Positions 1-7,400 of a stretch of DNA of 64,000 bases are shown here, one piece after another. The notes below the pieces were generated by a model that saw only the letters and a list, made by a program, of their open reading frames with translations, was not told the origin of the DNA and made no database searches. Location of the stretch: IMG/VR virus record IMGVR_UViG_3300037473_000389, positions 429 through 64,428 of that record; one strand, written 5' to 3'. The position numbers were made by a program, and so were the translations under genes. Position 1 is the first letter of the stretch. Every line of letters starts with the position of its first letter. The stretch comes from a virus.

Positions 1-1
1 T

Positions 2-616
2 CTTCGCTGCAGCCCTGATCATGTCAAGTCTGCTCATCGGCTTCTTTGCTGGTTCTGCCGGCTTGGCCGTTGGAGCCGGCTTCGATGACTTCGAGGGACT
101 CGCCGAGGAGGCCTTCTTGGCCGGTTGGCCCGATACCTTGGGCTTTGTGGCCGTGGGCGCCGTGGGCTTCTGGGGTGCCTTCGTCTCGGTCCCGTGGAAC
201 AACGGTTTCGGGTTGATGACCGGACCCTGCACCTTCGTCTGTTTCACGACGATCACGCCGGACATCTTCATCGGATAGTACTGTCGATAGACGTCACCCG
301 CCGTCCTGAGGAACGGTTTGACGAACTTCCCGTAGAAGCTCACCGGGTTCTTGATGTCTTCGACGGGATCCATCCGACGGAGGATGTCGGCGACCAACGG
401 GATCCTGTGCGGCTTCCCTTTGTTCTCCGGGTTCATGATCTCGAAGATGACCTCACGCTCGGCGGGCGTCATCTTCTTGAGGTCGAGAGCGTGCACCTTC
501 CCCTGCCAGCTCGGGTGCAAGACGAGCACCTCCTTGAACCGCATGTTGGGATCCGTCATGCTGATGTCTCGGTACGTGAACTTCACGACCTGACCAGCCT
601 TGAACCGCGGTGCCAT
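2..616 (-). CDS. Partial CDS running off the window start; weak resemblance to T4 gp2 DNA end-protector proteins, with a Pro/Lys/Ala-rich C-terminal part
   Basis: Absent from the ORF track because there is no stop in the window. ATG at 616 overlaps the TGA of the upstream gene (ATGA). Hand translation: MAPRFKAGQVVKFTYRDISMTDPNMRFKEVLVLHPSWQGKVHALDLKKMTPAERE...FYGKFVKPFLRTAGDVYRQYYP... Confidence 0.5.
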   Translation of the reverse strand, partial: MAPRFKAGQVVKFTYRDISMTDPNMRFKEVLVLHPSWQGKVHALDLKKMTPAEREVIFEIMNPENKGKPHRIPLVADILRRMDPVEDIKNPVSFYGKFVKPFLRTAGDVYRQYYPMKMSGVIVVKQTKVQGPVINPKPLFHGTETKAPQKPTAPTATKPKVSGQPAKKASSASPSKSSKPAPTAKPAEPAKKPMSRLDMIRAAAK

Positions 617-1077
617 CAGTAAAACGTCTCCCTGGGTTCTATGCGACTGAACGGCATCGAGGGAACCAGCCGATACCCGTCGTGATCCTGGTTCGCGACA
701 TACTTGTCGACCATCCCCCTGTGAACCATACAGACCGTATCACGCCGGAGATCAACAAGCGCGTGATAGTCTCCGTCAAAGTTCTTCAGTTTCCGCTCTC
801 CCAACGTGACATATTTGGTGTCACGATCGGACGTCGAGACCTCGACTCGGGCGATCACGCGACCATCTTTCACGATCAGGTAGTCTCCGAATTGGCTCTC
901 GAAAGTCGAGACCCTGACGTGGTCTTCCGGTAGGCCCAACCAGGCCATGATGAGCGGACGTGTCCTGATCAGCTGGACCGGAAGAGTGTGTACGGAGAAC
1001 CACTCTTCGAACCTCCGTTCTCCCTCGCTTCCGATCTGGGCGTTCTTCGATTCCGAATCGTACTTCCTGTACGTCAT
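616..1077 (-). CDS. Hypothetical protein, possible PD-(D/E)XK-fold nuclease (degenerate)
   Basis: GSEGERRF helix, GDYL, then EVS where E-x-K is expected; stop/start overlaps with both neighbours. Confidence 0.45.
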   Translation of the reverse strand: MTYRKYDSESKNAQIGSEGERRFEEWFSVHTLPVQLIRTRPLIMAWLGLPEDHVRVSTFESQFGDYLIVKDGRVIARVEVSTSDRDTKYVTLGERKLKNFDGDYHALVDLRRDTVCMVHRGMVDKYVANQDHDGYRLVPSMPFSRIEPRETFY

Positions 1078-2372
1078 CAGTCAACCGCCGTTTCCTGTGG
1101 GACGGGCGTCTCCTCGACCACCATCTCGGCCATGGCCTCAGCGTCCATCAACGATTCGGGATCTATATCGAGATCCTTGATCTCTTTCGCATCGTACTTG
1201 ACGATAAGGTGCTTGTCAAGAAGACCGAAGACGTGTTCCCTGGTCGCCGGGTCGGCGACGATATCCTTCCAGGCCTTCTCGCGGAACTTCAGTTCCTTCG
1301 CGACCTGGACCTCCTCCTTGCCCTCCTTGTCGACGACAACGGTCTGCGGGACGTTCGACATGTAGCAGAACCCGCTCTGCTTCGAGATCTCCCCGACCGA
1401 ATGGAGGTAGTTGAACCACGACTCCTCGTCATCGATGCCAGAGGCGAAGAGGATGGTGAACTCGCAACGTCGCATCGGCGGACCGAGTCGGTTCTTGATG
1501 ATCTTGGCGTATGTGTTCACGCCATAGGTCTGCCCCTTCGACATGTCCTTCTGGGTGGCGTCCTTCTCCTCGGTGGAGCGGGTCAACCTGATGCGGGTCG
1601 AGGCGTGGTACGGGATCGCCTTCCCGCCCGACGTTCCCATCGGATCTCCGAACATGACGCCGATCTTGACCTTCAGCTGGTTCGTGAAAACGAGCGTCAC
1701 CTTCTCACGGCCGACTGTCGTGGTGAGCTTACGCATCATCTTGGCGATGGCCTTGGCCTGAAGACCGATCCGGCTGTTCGGGTCATAGTCCCCCTCAAGC
1801 TCAGCCTTGGGCGGGGTGGCCGCGACAGAGTCCCAGACGATGGTGATGGGTCGTGAAACGTCCTTTTCACGGGCCTTGATGATGATGCTCTCGATGGTCT
1901 CACCGACCTTCTCGACGTAACCGCACTGGAGATAGACGAGCTTCTTCAGGTCAAGACCGACACGTTGGGCGAAGTCCGGATTGAGAGCGTTCTCCTCGTC
2001 GATGTAGACCGCCAGGCCGCCCTTCTTCTGGGTGTTCGCCAGGACGTGGGTCACCAGGAGAGACTTGCCAGACGCCTCCTCGCCGACAACTTCGGTAATC
2101 TTCCCCATCGCGATGCCACCGCCCCGACGATTCGAGATGATGTAGTCGAGGAGGGTCGAACCGGTCGAGATGAAGTCCTTGACGTCTGTCGGGTTATCCT
2201 TGTCGGTGGCGAGGCACCACGCCATCTTGTCCTCGCCCTCCTTGTTGAGTGTCCTGATCAGGGTCTTCGTGAGGTGAAGCAGCTCCTTCTCGTCCTCGGC
2301 CTTGCTGACAGCCTTCTCTCCCGATCCCTGCGCTTCCTCGACGAGATCCTCTTCCTTCTTCTTCCTTGCCAT
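1077..2372 (-). CDS. recA: RecA/UvsX recombinase
   Basis: ISTGSTLLDYII, Walker A GEEASGKS, YIDEE, IVWDSVAA, FTNQL, GGKAIPYHAS, KNRLGPP. Confidence 0.95.
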   Translation of the reverse strand: MARKKKEEDLVEEAQGSGEKAVSKAEDEKELLHLTKTLIRTLNKEGEDKMAWCLATDKDNPTDVKDFISTGSTLLDYIISNRRGGGIAMGKITEVVGEEASGKSLLVTHVLANTQKKGGLAVYIDEENALNPDFAQRVGLDLKKLVYLQCGYVEKVGETIESIIIKAREKDVSRPITIVWDSVAATPPKAELEGDYDPNSRIGLQAKAIAKMMRKLTTTVGREKVTLVFTNQLKVKIGVMFGDPMGTSGGKAIPYHASTRIRLTRSTEEKDATQKDMSKGQTYGVNTYAKIIKNRLGPPMRRCEFTILFASGIDDEESWFNYLHSVGEISKQSGFCYMSNVPQTVVVDKEGKEEVQVAKELKFREKAWKDIVADPATREHVFGLLDKHLIVKYDAKEIKDLDIDPESLMDAEAMAEMVVEETPVPQETAVD

Positions 2373-2375
2373 CTC

Positions 2376-2882
2376 TCAGTCCTCCTCGTCGATCGTTTTG
2401 ATCTCGTCAGATTTGAAATCCTTGAGGGTGAAGATCGTGTCTTCCAGATCCTCGTTTAGAAACGTCGCGACGATGTCGTGCTGCACCGTCGGAAGATCCA
2501 AAAAATAGTTCTGAGAGTAGACGGTCATCCCGTGTGGATCGATCACCGAGATGCTCAGGGCGTTCTCGTATTCCGTCACGACCAGCTTGGAGCTGTTCTT
2601 CTCAAGCGTGTAGTTCTTGACGTATTTTCCAAACGGGTTCTTGTGAGAGAACTCTCGTTTCTCATCATCCTCGATCTCCTCGAGGAATTCCTCAGAGATG
2701 TAGAGGGACTCCGCGGGAACCGGGAAGCTGACGTTGCGATCTCCGAAGACGACGTTGTCGTTCGTGATCTTGCTCAGTCGAAAGAGATCCCGTTCCACTC
2801 CATCATCGATCGCGATCCACGTTCCCTCGACGACCAGCCCATCGAAACCACGGCCCATTCCCTTGATCTTGTATCTTGACAT
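2376..2882 (-). CDS. Hypothetical acidic protein
   Basis: 168-aa ORF filling the gap between the terminator and recA. Confidence 0.7.
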   Translation of the reverse strand: MSRYKIKGMGRGFDGLVVEGTWIAIDDGVERDLFRLSKITNDNVVFGDRNVSFPVPAESLYISEEFLEEIEDDEKREFSHKNPFGKYVKNYTLEKNSSKLVVTEYENALSISVIDPHGMTVYSQNYFLDLPTVQHDIVATFLNEDLEDTIFTLKDFKSDEIKTIDEED

Positions 2883-2896
2883 CTTGCACCAGAGAC

Positions 2897-2928
2897 AAAA
2901 AGGGGGACCGGACCGAAGTCCGGTCCCC
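2897..2928 (-). terminator. Rho-independent terminator after the SSB gene
   Basis: Minus strand GGGGACCGGAC-TTCG-GTCCGGTCCCC (11-bp stem, C(UUCG)G tetraloop) followed by C and TTTTT. Confidence 0.9.
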
Positions 2929-2954
2929 TCGTTCGTTACGGAAACTGAGAGGTG

Positions 2955-3812
2955 TTACTCGTTGAGCATGTCTTCGAAGGCCTCATCCACCGAGCGGCCC
3001 CCGACGGTCTTGGCGTTCTCGTTGGAGTTCACCTGGTGCTCCGTACCACCCTCGGCCTCAGACTCCTGCTTGGCCGAACCGAGAGCCTTCTTGAAGATCT
3101 TGGAGACCTCCTCGGAGGTGACCTTCGGATACACGTCGTGGATCGGCTTGACCGAGGCGAGGATCTTGTCGATCTCCGGCTTCGTCTTGGCGAGTGGGGT
3201 GGGCTTCTTCTTCTCCTTGAACTCCACGATGTTGAAGGTCTTGGTGTTCCCCTTCTCGCCCTTCTTCTTGAAAGACACGTGGAGGTCGTAGGCGCAGTTC
3301 ACGTCGAACAGGACGCCGAGGGCCCCCGTCCCGCCGCCCTCAACGACGGTCGTGTTGTTCTCCTCGTCCACACAGATCCCGAGGAGAGTGTTGTAGTTCG
3401 TCTGGTTCGTCCGATGCCACTTGGCACCCTCCGACTCCTTGCCACGGACGACCACCGGGAAGAACCACGCCGACTTCACAGAGATCTTCTTGAAGGTCTC
3501 CCAGTCGATCTTGCGGTCCGTCTCGGCCTTCTCTTCGCCATCAGGGGTCTTCCACGACTTGAGGGCATCGCAGAAATCGCAGATGTCGCAGTCGTCGCCG
3601 AAGTTGACCTTCGGGCAGAGGATCGGCTTCTCGTTCCCGATCTCGTAGTGAAAACCGAGCTCTACGAAGTTGTCATCGTTCTTTGAGTAGGGATGCGGGA
3701 CGGCCCGGACGTCGTGCTCGTCCTCGGGCTTCCAGAGATCGTTGCTCTTCTTGGTACGGTTCGAAAGCTGCGCCATGCGCGCCTTGATCGCATTGATGTC
3801 CAATCCAGCCAT
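2955..3812 (-). CDS. Single-stranded DNA-binding protein, gp32-like
   Basis: N-terminal MAGLDINAIKARMAQL, LWKP, H/C zinc ligands (FHY..ILCP...CDICDFC), acidic tail (DEAFEDMLNE), next to recA. Confidence 0.85.
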   Translation of the reverse strand: MAGLDINAIKARMAQLSNRTKKSNDLWKPEDEHDVRAVPHPYSKNDDNFVELGFHYEIGNEKPILCPKVNFGDDCDICDFCDALKSWKTPDGEEKAETDRKIDWETFKKISVKSAWFFPVVVRGKESEGAKWHRTNQTNYNTLLGICVDEENNTTVVEGGGTGALGVLFDVNCAYDLHVSFKKKGEKGNTKTFNIVEFKEKKKPTPLAKTKPEIDKILASVKPIHDVYPKVTSEEVSKIFKKALGSAKQESEAEGGTEHQVNSNENAKTVGGRSVDEAFEDMLNE

Positions 3813-3873
3813 TTTTTCTCCTTGGTCAGTCGTTCATTGGGTCAGTCTTTGGTCGACCTTGACTCACTCAGGG

Positions 3874-3880
3874 ATAACTA
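3874..3880 (-). promoter_or_regulatory. TAnTTA motif (TAGTTAT), putative late promoter upstream of SSB
   Basis: Intergenic copy of the recurrent motif. Confidence 0.4.
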
Positions 3881-3926
3881 GGCGACAGGTGGGACAGAGT
3901 TTGTTTCGATTGTGTAACTGCGAGAG

Positions 3927-4460
3927 TCAGCGAGAACGTCTATCCAAGTAATTGATGACGTTGTACAATTTCGGAGAAGTACGCCGGAAGGCCCCACGTT
4001 GTGGCCGGGAACCACAATAGAAGACCTCGAAACCACAGGCGATGTACTCCCCGAGGGACTTGCGGGCGTACGAATCTGGCATGAACTTGGCCGACTTGGG
4101 TTTCTCGGTGATCACCTTGGGACGGTGGGAGATGTCGTGTTCCTCATCGACATAATGTCCGAGCTCATGGATGAAAGTCCTATGGATGTCGGGACGGTTC
4201 TCCACACTCGTGGATATCCGGATGACGCCGTGTTTGTAGTCTCCCTGGAGCAGGATATCGGGATCCTCGTCCCTGAGGATCGTGAAATAGATCTCCTTCA
4301 GTCCATCCGTGAAGGAGATGGGGACACCGGCCTCCTCGATCTTGCTGAGGATCTCTCCCAGATCGATGAATGAGTGTTCAGAGACCCGGACCGCGGTCCG
4401 GGTCCGGTTCAGGAGTACGTACTCGCCCTCGGCGATCTGCTCGACGTTCCATCCATACAC
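3927..4460 (-). CDS. Zincin-like metallopeptidase (HExxH)
   Basis: FIHELGHYVDEEH, with downstream EYIACGFE supplying a likely third ligand. Confidence 0.75.
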   Translation of the reverse strand: MYGWNVEQIAEGEYVLLNRTRTAVRVSEHSFIDLGEILSKIEEAGVPISFTDGLKEIYFTILRDEDPDILLQGDYKHGVIRISTSVENRPDIHRTFIHELGHYVDEEHDISHRPKVITEKPKSAKFMPDSYARKSLGEYIACGFEVFYCGSRPQRGAFRRTSPKLYNVINYLDRRSR

Positions 4461-4475
4461 TGCATGGGTGCCTCC

Positions 4476-7400
4476 TCAGGGTCGCATCTTCAGGTTCGGA
4501 TCTGGGATCATCTCCTGCCAGGTCATGTCTTCCGGTTCGTCCTTGTCGGTCATGTTACGAGAGGATGACCAACCAGAGCTGCCCGCCTTCACTCCCGCCT
4601 GGGCGTCACCGTACCCTCCTCCCACTCCACCGACAGGCCGCTCGCCCAGGAGCTCGACGAACTCGCGGACGATCATCTCGATCTGCGGGGGTTCCACGCC
4701 GGGGCTCTTGGACTTGCCAAGATCGTTGATGACGTAGTTCTGTCCACGCTTCATGACGTTTCCACCGTGGAAGTCGGCGAACTGGATGTTCATCTCACGG
4801 AGCTCGTCGACCATCTTATCGATCTGGTATTTCTGGACGATCTCCTTCAGTTCTTCGAGAGTCTTCACGATGAGCCCCTGGGCCCTATTCACCCTCTTCA
4901 CGACTCCAGGGGCCATGTCATGTCCCGGCTGCTTGGAGACGTCTATCTCCCTAGAAAGACCGAGATCCCTTATGACATCGTTGATGACCACCTCACGGAC
5001 CTTCTCCCAGACATCCTTGAAGGGTTTGGTCGCCGTCGTGTTGACTACCTCGTTGCTCCTGAGGTAGTTGATGGCGAAGTCGTTGAACTCGCGCTGCTCG
5101 TTCTCGTCAAGCGGGACGAGCTTCTCTTCGAGGACGCAGTAGACAGGATGTCCGGAATCCTTGGTGGCCTTCAGCCCAAAGACGTCGAAGAACTTCGTGA
5201 TGTGGTCCTTCGACTTTCCCTTGAGGTAGGCCGCCGTCTTGGCCTCCTCGTGGTCGGTCGTGAGCTTCAGGACCCGGTTCCCCGGGACCTCGAAGGCGAC
5301 TCCCATCTGCCCGTTTCCGAGGATCTTGGCGTTGGTGACGTCGATTCCCCGAGCCCTCTGGATGACATCGGCGTTCTGGGCCAGTATCTCACCCATCCCA
5401 ACGACTCCGCCCACTGCATCGAGGTTCGGTGAGTTCGAGGCATCCTCCCGGAGCTCCCGGAGCTGGACGAACCGAGACATCTCATCTCTCATCCTCTGGT
5501 AGATGTCGTCGAAGGCCGTCTTGTCCGAGAGGACATGCGGATCGAGCAGCTGGCCGACCTGGTCCTTCTTGTTCGCCACGAGGGCGGCCCTGACCTGGGT
5601 GCCCGAGATCCTTCCCGCCTGATCGTCGTTGGTCACGTCGGGCATCTTTTCTACCACGGCGAGCCCCGGATCGAAGTACTGCCCGTCCCCCTTCTTGGCG
5701 GTGGAGATCATCCGCTTCACGTCATCGTACCTGTCTGGCCCGACGAGGATCGTGATGGCCGTGTCGTACTCGACGGACGAGTCCTTGTCTACGATGATCC
5801 TGTTCAGGATCCCCGGCAAGTAGCCTGTCGCCTTCCCGTCCACCTCTGCCTTGTAGACCTCCAGCTTTGGTTCGACATCCGGAAGGGACATCTCCATCAG
5901 CTCGCGACGAAGCTCGTACGAGAACGGGTTCTTTGCATCCGGTCTGTTGCCGGCCACGATGATGACGACCTTGGTGAACTTGGTCGCCAGCTTCCGGATG
6001 ATCTCAGCGTGACCCTTGTGAAAAGGCTGGAAACGTCCGATGGTCACGCCGACCGTGTCAGCCTTGGAGCCATCCTCGGCGACCTTCCCAAACTTCTCGA
6101 CGTCATCTGAACGGTCTTCTGGATTGAAATCGACCGGGCCCGAGATACTCAGTTCTGAGATGAACGATTCGATCACCCTCTCGAGGACTGGCGGATCGAC
6201 TGCGTTTGGAACCGTGCTGACCCCGAGATCGATGACCACCGGAGTACCGTCCGCTCGCTTCATGATGTTTCCCGGGTGGTAATCGAAGAAGACGATCCCC
6301 AGCTTGGCGAGCTCGTCCACGATGTCACCCACACCCATCTTCTCCAAGATGTCGGCGTACAGCTGTCCATCTTGCTTCTTGCTCGTCCTGTTTCGTTCGG
6401 CGATGACCCCGGCCCTCGCCTCCTCCCAGGCTATCGGACGATGCTTGGGGGCCAGGAACTGGCGCAACAACGCGAGCGAGAACGCCCAGTTGCCGAGCGT
6501 CTCACGGATGGGAAAGAGCTTCTCCTGAACTATCGCGTAGACAGGCTGGATCCCGTCGTCCTCTTCCTTGAAACGGAAGACATCATACACACGGTAGATG
6601 TGCTCGAGGTTCTTTCCCTTGATCGCCTGAGCGGTGACCGCCTCACTTGGGTCGGAGGTGATCTTCAGGACCTTCCCCCCGCCCATGTCGTACGCCGCCC
6701 CCATGCCGCCGGCGGCGATGAACTTCAGCTTGGAGATGTCGATGCCCTTCTTAGCCTTCAAGAGGTCTGCGTCTCCCTGGACGACTTGGGTACCGAACTC
6801 ATCGGGTTGCAGGTCCTCGATGATCGCCTCCATCACCCGCTCGAGCACTCCGGGTTCCTTGCCGCCGGCGACCTTGGAGTAACCGATGTCAATGAGGACG
6901 TACTCTCCGTTCGGCCTCTTCATGATGTTTCCAGCATGGTAATCGTGGAACTTCACTCCCTTCGCGGAGAGCTCCTGCACCATGTCCCCGATGTGGAACT
7001 TCTGGGTGCAGATCTTCCAGTAACCGTTCATCTCCGCCGCGTACTTCTCGGCGTACTTGCGATCGATATCATCACTGGAGAACTGCGGGTACTTCCGCTT
7101 GATCTCCGACTGGACGAACTCGGCGACCATCTGCTTCGTCCTGTCCCAGTCGTAACCGGATTTGTAGATCGTCTGCGGGAGCTGCAGCTTGATGAGGGCG
7201 TTGTTCAGCTCGGCAGACTCCCCGGAGACCTGTTGGTTCGAAGAATCGGCTCCGCCCAGTGGGATGAGCTTCTCCTGGACGACTCCATAGACGTGACCCA
7301 ACTTCGGATCTTCCTCGGGGAACCTGAACACGTCGAAGAATCTGACGACATGCTTCAGGTTGAACTCCTTGAGCTTGTTCGCGGCGATCGCCTCCTGGAC

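Noticed and set aside
4409-4465. Out-of-frame micro-ORF MQCMDGTSSRSPRASTYS with an ideal SD overlapping the peptidase start
   Set aside because: The same SD can serve the in-frame GTG at 4460, and there is no slippery site or other support; probably incidental.
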